NCBI GenBank assembly: GCA_937922045.1
Contig: CAKZXA010000032.1
Location: forward strand, 7,710 to 71,709
Length of the DNA stretch: 64,000 bases
Direction of reading: 5' to 3'
Source of the DNA: an uncultured Acidimicrobiales bacterium
GTDB lineage: Bacteria; Actinomycetota; Acidimicrobiia; Acidimicrobiales; SZUA-35
Both the position numbers and the translations under genes were made by a program. Numbering within the stretch: position 1 is the first letter of the stretch; each line of letters opens with the position of its first letter. The notes beneath the pieces are model-generated. The model saw only the letters and a list, made by a program, of their open reading frames with translations. It searched no databases and had not been told where the DNA came from. Below, piece by piece: positions 55,751 through 64,000 of this stretch.

Positions 55751-56767
55751 CTAGGTTCCACAGTCTACGGTTGCCTCTGTAGATTCGGATGGCTGGTAGA
55801 TCCGAACCCAATCCACTTCCATGGTGACCCGTCCCTCGAAGGGTGCACTTCGGATGGCGTCGAGCTGGACCGTCAGACGGTGAGGAACATCGGGAATCAC
55901 GTCGGGATCATCGATGGCTCCGATGAATCGATTGTTGCGCAAGATAACGATCTCATCGGGGGACCACTCCATAGCGACCTCATGCCATTGTGTGGCATCT
56001 GCCTCGTGCCTAATCTCAACCTGACTGCCGATTTCGGTGCCGTCGGGAAAGTGAATGTAGGTGTGGAAAGGCGAACGATCAGCGGTCACGCCTGTCTCGT
56101 AAAAGTCGTTTTCTCCACCCTCTGGCCAGTTGTTGTCGGCCGGCCAGGTGAGCACCACGCCCGAGACGACTTCATTGGGATCTGGATCGGTTCGAACCCT
56201 GGCTTCGAAGCGGCCGTAGGTTTGAGCGTGGAGCGAGCCCATACCGCCTGAGACAAGTTCGCCATCGAGTACTTCAGCGGTAATCGTCAGCAATCCATCG
56301 CTGACGGTTAGAGCCTTCGGACGGCGAAGACCGTTGCCAGCGTGGCCGACAGAGTCGTAGACATTCCACCGCTCGGGGTCGAGCGAATCGCCCGCGAAGG
56401 CATCATAGAAGACCAGATCCCAGCCTTCGCAGCTGCGGTCGAGGGCGGCATCTGCCTCCTCGGCTTCACGATTAGCTTCGTCGGCTGTGAGCGACGATGA
56501 CAGGGATGTGGTCGCAGCACCCGACTCTTCGTCGACGACCAGCGTCTGGGCAGTCGTCGGATCGCTGGTTGCCGTTGAGAGATCACCTGCGCCCTGGTTT
56601 GAAGAACCGGTGAACGAGCCGATCACGATCAGCATGATCCCGATCGCTCCGATCGTCAGCAGGGCTCGCCGATAGGAGCTAAGGGATGCCTCGGGCCGAC
56701 GTTCGCCCGATGATTCGGGCGAGTGATCGGGAGTTGGCGCTTCTTGTTCGACCGATGATAGGGACAC
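55751..56767 (-). CDS. Membrane-anchored glycoside hydrolase family 16-like protein
   Basis: N-terminal TM anchor (LLTIGAIGIMLIVIGSF), a Ser/Thr/acidic linker, and a beta-jelly-roll region with the GH16 catalytic-type motif E-x-D-x-x-E (EGGENDFYE). Confidence 0.75.
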   Translation of the reverse strand: MSLSSVEQEAPTPDHSPESSGERRPEASLSSYRRALLTIGAIGIMLIVIGSFTGSSNQGAGDLSTATSDPTTAQTLVVDEESGAATTSLSSSLTADEANREAEEADAALDRSCEGWDLVFYDAFAGDSLDPERWNVYDSVGHAGNGLRRPKALTVSDGLLTITAEVLDGELVSGGMGSLHAQTYGRFEARVRTDPDPNEVVSGVVLTWPADNNWPEGGENDFYETGVTADRSPFHTYIHFPDGTEIGSQVEIRHEADATQWHEVAMEWSPDEIVILRNNRFIGAIDDPDVIPDVPHRLTVQLDAIRSAPFEGRVTMEVDWVRIYQPSESTEATVDCGT

Positions 56768-56859
56768 GACGCAACTAGGCTAGCGGCGCCTCTGACCGAG
56801 GAGTGCTCGCGTCCTGTGTCATGCTCAGCCGCACCAAACCTACTAGCGTTGGGCCATCT

Positions 56860-57324
56860 ATGGTTCATCGCTCCCAGCTGACCGTTCGCTTCAACGAAGT
56901 TGATCCGTACAACCACGTCAATCACGCTGGGTACGTAACCTATTTCGAAGTCGCTCGCACCGAAGCGCTTGAAGCCTGTGAGATTCCGCTTCGGGGTTTG
57001 GCGGAAAGCGGTATTCAATTGGTAGTAACCAGACTCGACGTTCGCTACCGGCGGGCTGCCACGATCGGCGATCGGCTCGTGATCGAAACCGAGTTGGATG
57101 AGATGAGGCGGGCTAGTGGCGTCTGGGCGCAGCGTGTGCTGCGCGACGATGAACTCTTGGTCGATGGCCGCGTCACGATAGGCGTCGTCGATCAGAACGG
57201 CCGCCCGCTTCGACCACCCGACTGGCTCGTGGACGGGTTGAGTCGCCTTTCCAGCGATTCGGTTGACCCAACGCTCGGCGTTGGAGCTACTCCAAACGCC
57301 GGCGGCACCGTCGAGCCGAGGTAG
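56860..57324 (+). CDS. Acyl-CoA thioesterase, 4HBT/YbgC-like hotdog fold
   Basis: VRFNEVDPYNHVNHAGYVTYFE is typical of YbgC-type thioesterases. I trimmed the start to the ATG at 56860. Confidence 0.8.
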   Translation: MVHRSQLTVRFNEVDPYNHVNHAGYVTYFEVARTEALEACEIPLRGLAESGIQLVVTRLDVRYRRAATIGDRLVIETELDEMRRASGVWAQRVLRDDELLVDGRVTIGVVDQNGRPLRPPDWLVDGLSRLSSDSVDPTLGVGATPNAGGTVEPR

Positions 57325-57337
57325 GCAGCGGCGAGCG

Positions 57338-57604
57338 ATGAGCTTCTTCGGAACAGGTGGCGAAGACTGGGTGGAACTCGACGTCGATCAGGTTGAGTTT
57401 GAAGGTTCGGCCTCGCTGAGGGATGCTTTGTCAGACAACTATGACGAGATAACCAAGACCGTTGGAGCCAGCATCGAAGCTCGGTTCATCGACGACGGTC
57501 TAGCCCTCCTGATCGCCGACGGCGAGGTTCGTTACCGAGCCGGGCTCAATCGAGACGGCCGCCTCGTCCTCACCAGCATTTTGCACCCAGAAGGACCTCT
57601 CTAG
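57338..57604 (+). CDS. Hypothetical small acidic protein
   Basis: 88-aa ORF from the ATG at 57338, wedged between the thioesterase and MBL genes. The MBL GTG starts 2 nt after its stop. I recognised no family. Confidence 0.4.
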   Translation: MSFFGTGGEDWVELDVDQVEFEGSASLRDALSDNYDEITKTVGASIEARFIDDGLALLIADGEVRYRAGLNRDGRLVLTSILHPEGPL

Positions 57605-57605
57605 C

Positions 57606-58607
57606 GTGACCATACGTTTTAACCGTGACTTCGAGCCTGACTATGGCCAGGTAGCTCAGCTGTCCGACTCGATCCGCCGGGTTGTGGCCAATAACCCGAA
57701 CCCGTTCACGTTCACCGGCACAGGCGTGTATGTGCTGGGCAGAGGTGATGTGGCCATCATCGATCCGGGTCCGTCGCTCGACGTACACCTCGATGCTGTC
57801 CTGGCCGCTCTGGATCCGGGAGAGACCGTCAGCCACATCCTCGTGACCCACACCCATACCGATCACACGGCCGGGGTGGCCAAGCTGCAGGAAAGAACCG
57901 GGGCCTCGACGTATGGGTTTGGCCCCCACGGTCCCGTGCCCGACGTAGATCCGCTTGAGTCGGTTAGTTTCGACGAGTATTTCACCGAGGATGAACGGCA
58001 GGCCTTCGAGAAGGCCTGGGCCGATGTGCCCGATGAACTTCGCCGCGAAGGCCCCGACGTCGATTTTGTGCCCGATGTGGTGGTGAAGGACGGTGATCGG
58101 GTCGAGGCTGAGTCGTGGGTCGTCGATGTAGTCCACACACCAGGTCACACATCGAATCACGTCTGCTTTGGCCTTGGTGCCGAGCGGACTCTCTTCACCG
58201 GCGATCACGTGATGGGTTGGGCGACCTCGGTCATCTCGCCTCCCGACGGCGACCTCTTTGACTACATGAACAGCCTGGCCAAGCTCCTGGAACGCGACGA
58301 TGAACGTTATTGGCCGACCCATGGGCCAGCCATCGACAACCCTCAGGAATACGTTGCGAGTTTCATCGAGCACCGAACGGCGCGTGAGAATCAGATCGTG
58401 TCGGTTCTCAAGTCGGCGCCTTCCACGATTAAGGACATCGTTCCTGGGCTCTATGCCGAGGTCGACAAGCGTCTCTGGCGAGCTGCAGCCAATTCGGTTT
58501 ACGCCCATCTCGTGGCCCTCCACCGGCAGGGTCGCGTTAGCGCGGCTGATGCATCGGGTGAAGCGGCCACGCCGTCGCTTGTGGCGATGTGGGAGTTGCA
58601 GAACTAG
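57606..58607 (+). CDS. MBL-fold metallo-hydrolase
   Basis: HxHxDH motif (ILVTHTHTDHTAG), followed by HTPGHT and a C-terminal winged-helix-like tail. GTG start. Confidence 0.85.
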   Translation: MTIRFNRDFEPDYGQVAQLSDSIRRVVANNPNPFTFTGTGVYVLGRGDVAIIDPGPSLDVHLDAVLAALDPGETVSHILVTHTHTDHTAGVAKLQERTGASTYGFGPHGPVPDVDPLESVSFDEYFTEDERQAFEKAWADVPDELRREGPDVDFVPDVVVKDGDRVEAESWVVDVVHTPGHTSNHVCFGLGAERTLFTGDHVMGWATSVISPPDGDLFDYMNSLAKLLERDDERYWPTHGPAIDNPQEYVASFIEHRTARENQIVSVLKSAPSTIKDIVPGLYAEVDKRLWRAAANSVYAHLVALHRQGRVSAADASGEAATPSLVAMWELQN

Positions 58608-58693
58608 TCGGTGCCGCCGACCGGGCGTAGTCCGTGTCGGTCAGTGGATTTATTCGGGTCCAAGCGCTCCGTTTGGTCGCTACTGTTGGTGAG

Positions 58694-60052
58694 ATGATGA
58701 GGCTCTACGACACCGCCGAAGGATCCGTCGTGCCGCTAAAGCTGCGCGACCCGGGCAAGATCGGTATGTACGTCTGCGGGCCCACCGTCTATGCGCCTCC
58801 TCACATAGGGCACGGACGGCAGGTACTTGTCTATGACGTGCTCCGCCGGTTCCTCGAGTGGTCTGGCCTCGATGTCACCTTTGTTTCGAACGTGACCGAT
58901 ATCGACGACAACATCATTAAACGCGGCCTGGCCGAAGGGCGCGACCCAGCGGAGATCGCCATCAAATGCGAAGCGATCTGGTGGCAGGTGATGGATCAGA
59001 TCAACGTACGTCGACCCGATCACATCCCCCACGCCACCGAGTATGTGGAAGAGATGGTCGAGCTGATCCAGACCTTGATCGGGCAAGACAAGGCCTACGT
59101 GACGGCGGACGGCGTCTATCTCTCGGTCGAAGAGGTCGATGGCTATGGCCTGCTCGCCCACCAGGATCTCGACAACCTGCTCGAAGGGGGCGGCGAACGC
59201 GAGGTGGTCGGTTCCGAGAAACGTCACCCGGCAGATTTCGTCCTGTGGAAGTTCGCCAAGTCGGGAGAGCCGGAATGGTCTTCTCCGTGGGGCCCTGGTC
59301 GGCCCGGCTGGCATACCGAGTGTGTCGTCATGAGCCTTGACCTTCTGGGCGAAGGCTTCGACCTCCATACCGGCGGGCTCGACCTCACCTTTCCTCACCA
59401 CGAGAATGAACGAGCACAGGCGGTAGCGCTCGGTCGCGAGTTCGCCTCCCATTGGATGCATCACGGCTTCGTGGAAACCGATGGCGAGAAGATGTCCAAG
59501 TCTCTCGGCAACGTTACGAACATGCTCGACCTGATCGAGCAGTACGATCACCGTGCCTACCGTTTACTCGTGCTCCAGTCTCACTACCGCACGCCGATGG
59601 AAGTTACCGGTGCCTCGATGGTGGCGAGCGAGACCGCTCTCGACCGGCTCGATACCTTCGTTCGGCGAACATCGGTGCTCGACAAGGTTGAGGTGCCGGA
59701 CGCCTTGGTCGAGCGGTTCAGAACGGTGATGGAAGAAGACTTCGACACACCGGGAGCGATCGACCTTTTGTTCCGACAGGTTCGCGAGGCGAATTCGGCC
59801 CTGGATGATGGTGACGAACTGCGAGCCGCTGGCGCTGCCGCCGCCGTCCACCTGATAGCTGAGGTGCTCGGCCTGGAGCTAGGGGCCGACGAGGACGACG
59901 TTCCAGCCGAGATCCAAGCGATGGCCGAGGAACGGCAATCGGCCCGGGCCGCGAAAGACTTCGCTCGCGCCGATGAACTTCGCGACGAGCTCCATTCACT
60001 GGGCTGGACGATAGAAGACGGGGCCGGCGGTCCTGAGGTGCGCCGAGCCTAG
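58694..60052 (+). CDS. cysS: Cysteine--tRNA ligase
   Basis: Class I motifs HIGH (PPHIGHGR) and KMSKS, plus YVCGPTVY and NVTDIDDNII, which are CysS-type rather than MshC-type. I trimmed the start to the ATG at 58694. Confidence 0.9.
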   Translation: MMRLYDTAEGSVVPLKLRDPGKIGMYVCGPTVYAPPHIGHGRQVLVYDVLRRFLEWSGLDVTFVSNVTDIDDNIIKRGLAEGRDPAEIAIKCEAIWWQVMDQINVRRPDHIPHATEYVEEMVELIQTLIGQDKAYVTADGVYLSVEEVDGYGLLAHQDLDNLLEGGGEREVVGSEKRHPADFVLWKFAKSGEPEWSSPWGPGRPGWHTECVVMSLDLLGEGFDLHTGGLDLTFPHHENERAQAVALGREFASHWMHHGFVETDGEKMSKSLGNVTNMLDLIEQYDHRAYRLLVLQSHYRTPMEVTGASMVASETALDRLDTFVRRTSVLDKVEVPDALVERFRTVMEEDFDTPGAIDLLFRQVREANSALDDGDELRAAGAAAAVHLIAEVLGLELGADEDDVPAEIQAMAEERQSARAAKDFARADELRDELHSLGWTIEDGAGGPEVRRA

Positions 60053-60073
60053 CCGCGTCACTTATTAGCCGCG

Positions 60074-60544
60074 TCACTGGGTAGCAAGGCTGGCAACGCT
60101 GGCTTGGGTGAGTTGGACGAGATCGTCAGGGTCGAGCACGATCTCAAGCCCGCGCCGGCCCCCGCTCACATGTATTGCGGCTTGACCGGCCGCTGAGCTG
60201 TCGAGGAAGGTGCGCAGCTTCTTGCGCTGACCGAGCGGTGAGATGCCGCCGACCACATAGCCTGTTGATCGCTCGGCTTCGCCAGCCTCGGCCATGACCG
60301 CCTTCTTCGCCCCGGCGGCTTTGGCCAGCGCTTTCAGATCGAGAAGATGGTCGACGGGCACGACGGCCACGACGAGTTCTGAGCTGTCGACTTTGGCCAG
60401 CAAGGTCTTGAAGACCGAGCCGGGATCGAGGCCGAGTACCCGAGCGGCCTCAAGCCCGTAAGAATCGGCGGCCGGATCGTGGTCGTAGCTCACCACCTTG
60501 TGGGCGACGTCGTTGCGTTCCAACAACACGATGGCAGGGGTCAT
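60074..60544 (-). CDS. ybaK: Cys-tRNA(Pro)/Cys-tRNA(Cys) deacylase, YbaK/EbsC family
   Basis: 156 aa with a YbaK-like core (FKTLLAK, GYVVGGISPLGQ). Confidence 0.8.
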   Translation of the reverse strand: MTPAIVLLERNDVAHKVVSYDHDPAADSYGLEAARVLGLDPGSVFKTLLAKVDSSELVVAVVPVDHLLDLKALAKAAGAKKAVMAEAGEAERSTGYVVGGISPLGQRKKLRTFLDSSAAGQAAIHVSGGRRGLEIVLDPDDLVQLTQASVASLATQ

Positions 60545-60591
60545 ACCGGAGTCTGTCGTGGTTCGGCGCGGATGGCAATATCCTAAGGTTC

Positions 60592-60695
60592 ACAACCGGG
60601 GAGCTCGGAATTGCCGAGCTGAGAGGATGGCCAAGCGAATGCGCACGCCATCGACCCGCCGAACCTGATCTGGGTAATGCCAGCGGAAGGGAGAA
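60592..60695 (+). promoter_or_regulatory. TPP (THI-box) riboswitch
   Basis: All conserved THI-box blocks are present in order: GGGGAGC, GCUGAGA, ACCC and GAACCUGAUCUGGGUAAUGCCAGCGGAAGGGA. The 3' end overlaps the GGAAGGGAG Shine-Dalgarno region of the downstream thiamine-binding protein gene. Confidence 0.9.
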
Positions 60696-60701
60696 TTGAA
60701 A

Positions 60702-61940
60702 ATGATTCGACGTAGTGAGTATTTGAGTTGTCGACGACGTAAGGGGAGGCATCTGATCGCCGCCTTGTTGGGGATGGCTCTCATCTTCACCGCCTGTGGC
60801 TCGGACGGCGAGACCGACGGCGACAGCGCGTCGACGAACGCCGACACGCCGTCTAGTGCCGACACCGATACCGCCGATATTGATACCGATACCGACGCTG
60901 TCGAGGAGGCCGTTGGGGATGAAGCTGACGATGCCACCTCCACCTCGCTCGACGACTTCGACCCTGACGACCCGGTTGCCTTAGAAGCCACCGAATTGGT
61001 CCGTTTGATCACCCACGATTCCTTCACGGTCCCCGACAATATGTTCGATCGATTCACGATCGATACCGGCGTCGACGTTCAGGTGATCAAGGCCGGTGAT
61101 GCAGGTGAACTCGTGGCTCGATCGATTCTGACCGCTGGTCAACCAGAAGCCGATGTGCTCTTCGGCGTCGACAACACCTTCCTCCAACGGGCGTTGGACA
61201 ACGACCTCTTCCTCGCCTATGAATCGCCGATGCTCGCATCCGTCGCCGATGAACTGGAGCTCGATCCTGAGCATCGTGTTACGCCGATCGACTTCGGCGA
61301 TGTCTGCGTCAATTACTGGACCGACGCGCTTGATGGCGACGTCCCAACCTCGATTGCTCAACTGGTCGACCCCTCATACGCCGCATCCTTCGTTACCGAA
61401 GACCCGGAAGCCTCCTCACCAGGGTTCGCCTTCCTGCTGGCCACGATTGGCCTGTTCGGTGAAGACGGCTGGGAAGACTATTGGACGCAACTCGCCGACG
61501 GTGGTGTCGCCGTTACCTCTGGCTGGAGCGATGCCTACTACGGCGAGTTCGTCTCGGGTGGCGGACCCAGAGCGCTCGTAACGTCGTATGCGGCCAGTCC
61601 GGTGGCCGAATACATCTTCGCTACCGAAGATATCGACGCGCCGCCCACCGGCGTTATCACCGACGGCTGCTTTCGGCAGATCGAGTTTGCGGGAATACTG
61701 AACGGCACCGATCACCCAGAGGCGGCGGCCAAGTTGGTGGACTTCTTGCTGTCGGCGGAATTCCAAGCTGAGATACCACTCAACATGTTCGTCAACCCGG
61801 CGAACGGCGAGGTGGAGCTGCCGGCAACGTATCGGCAATGGGCAGCCGAAGTGACCGAGCCAATCACGATGGATCCGGCCTCTATCGAGGCGAACCGCAA
61901 TCGATGGACCGAACGTTGGGCGGAGATCGTACTGCGCTGA
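60702..61940 (+). CDS. thiB: Thiamine ABC transporter substrate-binding lipoprotein
   Basis: Lipobox LIFTAC-GS, an acidic D/T-rich linker, then a periplasmic binding-protein fold. The call rests on the upstream TPP riboswitch and the downstream two-domain permease and ATPase. Start at the ATG at 60702; the TTG at 60696 is an alternative. Confidence 0.8.
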   Translation: MIRRSEYLSCRRRKGRHLIAALLGMALIFTACGSDGETDGDSASTNADTPSSADTDTADIDTDTDAVEEAVGDEADDATSTSLDDFDPDDPVALEATELVRLITHDSFTVPDNMFDRFTIDTGVDVQVIKAGDAGELVARSILTAGQPEADVLFGVDNTFLQRALDNDLFLAYESPMLASVADELELDPEHRVTPIDFGDVCVNYWTDALDGDVPTSIAQLVDPSYAASFVTEDPEASSPGFAFLLATIGLFGEDGWEDYWTQLADGGVAVTSGWSDAYYGEFVSGGGPRALVTSYAASPVAEYIFATEDIDAPPTGVITDGCFRQIEFAGILNGTDHPEAAAKLVDFLLSAEFQAEIPLNMFVNPANGEVELPATYRQWAAEVTEPITMDPASIEANRNRWTERWAEIVLR

Positions 61941-63601
61941 TGCTGGCTCGGATACAGCGGGGGGCTGGCCAGACGCGTCGATTGCGGCCAAGAGGCTCGA
62001 CCGTCGCTGGTCTCGTTGTGCTGGCCTATCTCGCTCTGCTGGCTTTCTGGCCGCTCATCGCCATACTTCATCGATCGTTCCGTAGCGTTGGTCTCGACCG
62101 TGTGGCCGAAATCCTCGCCAAGTCATCGACATGGTCGGTGGTCGGTTTCACCCTGTGGCAAGCCACCTTGTCGGCTGTGCTGACCCTGTTGGTTGGACTG
62201 CCGGTAGCCCACGTCCTCTCCCGCTATCGTTTCGCTGGACGCGGAGCGTTGAGAGCCTTCGTGGTGGTGCCTTTTGTGATGCCGACGCTCGTCGTGGCCG
62301 CTGCGGTGAGAGCCGCCTTCGAGATGGTGTCGGCTGCGGCGCCATGGTGGCCAGAGCTCGGCCAGTCCAGCCTGTGGCCGGTGCTGTGTGCGCACGTTTT
62401 CTTCAACTTGGCGGTGGTTGTGCGCCTCGTGGGTGGTCGGTGGTCGGCACTGGATCGACGCCTTCAGGATGGGGCGGCCGTACTCGGCGCTTCACCGCTT
62501 TCGGTTTGGCGTACGATCGTGTTCCCACAACTTCGTTCGGTGATCGTCGGCAGCTTTGTTCTCGTCTTCATGTTCTCGTTCACGAGCTTTGGGGTGATCC
62601 GAGTTCTTGGCGGGCTGCGTATGGCCACCCTGGAGACGGAGATCTACCGCTACGCCATCGCCCGTCAGCAGTTCGACGTTGCCGCTGTGCTGGCCTGCCT
62701 CCAACTGGCCGTCGTTGGGGTGCTCAGCTTCCTGACCGGCCGGATCCAGCGTGTCCACACCGCGAGCAGCCGCCGGGCCACGGCCGACGATCTCGTGCCG
62801 GTCGATCGGCTCCGCCGAGTTCTCTATCTAGGCCTGGTGGTTGGGATTGTCGCTGTGCTCCAAGCCTTTCCGATCGCCATGCTGATCGAGCGGTCGCTGC
62901 GAGTCGGCGACAGCCATGGGCTGGCCCACTACCGAGCCTTGGGGACTCGTCTCGATCTGCTGCCAACATCGAGTTTGCAGGCGGTCGCTAACTCGGTCGG
63001 CTTCGCCCTTCTCGCCGCGGCGATCGCGGGCGTTATGGCGCTTCTGGCCCTCTGGGCCCTGGCCGGGCGGGGTGCAGCAAGACTGGGCCGCTTGTTGGAG
63101 GCCGTGGTGTTCGTGCCACTCGGCGTGTCGGCGGTAACGCTCGGATTCGGCTACCTGGTGGGGTTTGGATCGTTCGACCTACGTTCGGCGTGGTGGCTGC
63201 TGCCCCTGGCTCACTCGGTCATCGGACTGCCATTCGTCCTGTCGGCCATGGTGCCGACGTTCAGATCCATTGAGCCGAGCCTGCGCGAGGCGGCCGCCAG
63301 TCTGGGCGCAGGCCGTTCTCGGGTGGTAGCCACGGTTGATTGGCCGCTAACCCGCGGTTCGTTGACCACCGGGCTTGGTTTTGCGGTTGCGGTGAGTGTT
63401 GGCGAATTTGGTGCCAGCTCGTTCCTAGCCCGAGGCGACGCCACGTTCACCGCCCCCCTGGCGATCTTTCGTCTTCTGGGGACACCGGGCGATGCTGTGC
63501 GAGGCCAGGCCATGGCTCTGAGTGTTGTCGTCGGCGTTGTGGTTGGCCTGATCGCCTATGCCATTGAGGTAAACCGTTCCGATGAGGTGACCCTGCTATG
63601 A
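61940..63601 (+). CDS. thiP: Thiamine/iron-type ABC transporter permease (duplicated TM domain)
   Basis: About 553 aa with two MalFG-type permease halves. TGATG junction with thiB and ATGA junction with the next gene. I trimmed the listed ORF start (61838) to the ATG at 61940. Confidence 0.8.
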   Translation: MLARIQRGAGQTRRLRPRGSTVAGLVVLAYLALLAFWPLIAILHRSFRSVGLDRVAEILAKSSTWSVVGFTLWQATLSAVLTLLVGLPVAHVLSRYRFAGRGALRAFVVVPFVMPTLVVAAAVRAAFEMVSAAAPWWPELGQSSLWPVLCAHVFFNLAVVVRLVGGRWSALDRRLQDGAAVLGASPLSVWRTIVFPQLRSVIVGSFVLVFMFSFTSFGVIRVLGGLRMATLETEIYRYAIARQQFDVAAVLACLQLAVVGVLSFLTGRIQRVHTASSRRATADDLVPVDRLRRVLYLGLVVGIVAVLQAFPIAMLIERSLRVGDSHGLAHYRALGTRLDLLPTSSLQAVANSVGFALLAAAIAGVMALLALWALAGRGAARLGRLLEAVVFVPLGVSAVTLGFGYLVGFGSFDLRSAWWLLPLAHSVIGLPFVLSAMVPTFRSIEPSLREAAASLGAGRSRVVATVDWPLTRGSLTTGLGFAVAVSVGEFGASSFLARGDATFTAPLAIFRLLGTPGDAVRGQAMALSVVVGVVVGLIAYAIEVNRSDEVTLL

Positions 63602-64000
63602 CGTTCCATCCTGACGTGGCCAGCGGGCGGGCAGGTCTCGGCGAGCCGCTCACTCTCAACTCTGTCACCGTCCGATACGGCGAAACGACGGCGTTGGACG
63701 ACCTCACCTTGAACGTCGACGCTGGGGAAATTGTGGCCATCGTTGGCCCATCCGGCTCAGGCAAGTCCACCCTGCTGCGATCTATCGCCGGCCTGGAAAC
63801 CATCGAGACGGGACAGATCCTTCTTGGGGATCGTGACCTCGCCACCGTGGCGACCCATCGTCGTTGGGTTGGTCTCATGTTCCAAGACAACGCGCTCTTC
63901 CCTCATCTGACGGTGGCCGACAACGTTGCATACGGACTGGTCCATGGATCATCCCGGTTGCAACCGGCTGGCCGCCGAGCATCGGGCGCGGTCGAATCGC
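63598..64000 (+). CDS. thiQ: ABC transporter ATP-binding protein (5' partial, runs off the window)
   Basis: My own translation from the ATG at 63598 gives MTFHPDV...VAIVGPSGSGKSTLLRSIAGLE (Walker A) and FQDNALFPHLTV (Q-loop region). There is no stop before the window end. Confidence 0.8.
   Translation, partial: MTFHPDVASGRAGLGEPLTLNSVTVRYGETTALDDLTLNVDAGEIVAIVGPSGSGKSTLLRSIAGLETIETGQILLGDRDLATVATHRRWVGLMFQDNALFPHLTVADNVAYGLVHGSSRLQPAGRRASGAVES

Noticed and set aside
57570-59551. Antisense ORFs 57570..58523 (317 aa) and 58736..59551 (271 aa)
   Set aside because: They lie opposite clear MBL hydrolase and CysS genes. They have no recognisable motifs and show the composition typical of shadow ORFs.
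60050-60078. 13-bp direct repeat (tagccgcgtcact, period 16) between the cysS and ybaK stops, considered as a terminator or protein-binding site
   Set aside because: It has no inverted-repeat or hairpin potential and is very short. I kept it only as one instance in the tandem-duplication pattern.
1-64000. Search for CRISPR arrays, tRNA/rRNA genes, IS elements, integrases, toxin-antitoxin pairs and defence islands
   Set aside because: I saw no regularly spaced repeats beyond 2-3 copy microduplications, no cloverleaf-like or rRNA-like conserved stretches, and no transposase, integrase or recombinase-like ORFs in the six-frame track. Essentially every ORF over 100 aa that looks real is assigned to metabolism, transport or glycan synthesis.

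Overview
This is a high-GC bacterial chromosomal segment, probably Actinomycetota. That inference rests on close AhpE-like and Rv2466c-like proteins, the classical men pathway and the gene style. It is densely coding, and many genes are translationally coupled through ATGA/GTGA overlaps. The content falls into four blocks. (1) 1-21.5 kb is a large cell-surface glycan locus. It has about 10 glycosyltransferase domains, a WbaP-type initiating phosphotransferase, Ugd and GalE. It also carries two export routes: a Wzm/Wzt ABC exporter tightly coupled to a sulfotransferase, and a Wzy-like polymerase with a Wzx-like flippase fused to a glycosyltransferase. A SulP sulfate permease, an EamA transporter and a nucleotidyltransferase follow. 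(2) 24.9-35.3 kb is a menaquinone cluster (menE, menF, menB, menD, menH, menC). It is interrupted by non-canonical genes: an acidic, disordered protein with a class-IV-aminotransferase-like domain, an SRPBCC protein and a TauD-type dioxygenase. A second 2OG oxygenase and a possible gene remnant lie next to it. (3) 37-43.4 kb holds mixed housekeeping and redox genes: a PduO-type adenosyltransferase, a thiolase, and MauE-like and monothiol DsbA/Rv2466c-like proteins. (4) 43.5-54.2 kb is a purine operon with two unusual fusions, (PurS-PurS)-PurL and PurD-PurM, the latter followed by purN. guaB comes next, then an AKR, ahpE, a GH16 hydrolase, cysS, ybaK and a TPP-riboswitch-controlled thiamine ABC transporter (thiBPQ, truncated at the window end). 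I recognised no rRNA, tRNA, CRISPR array, transposase or integrase. The most interesting candidates are the sulfotransferase-Wzm/Wzt module (possible sulfated or sulfate-capped glycan), the flippase-GT fusion, the GART-like pur fusions, the degenerate fold-type-IV protein in the men cluster, and recurrent short perfect tandem duplications at gene boundaries. All family calls come from reading motifs by eye; no database search was run.
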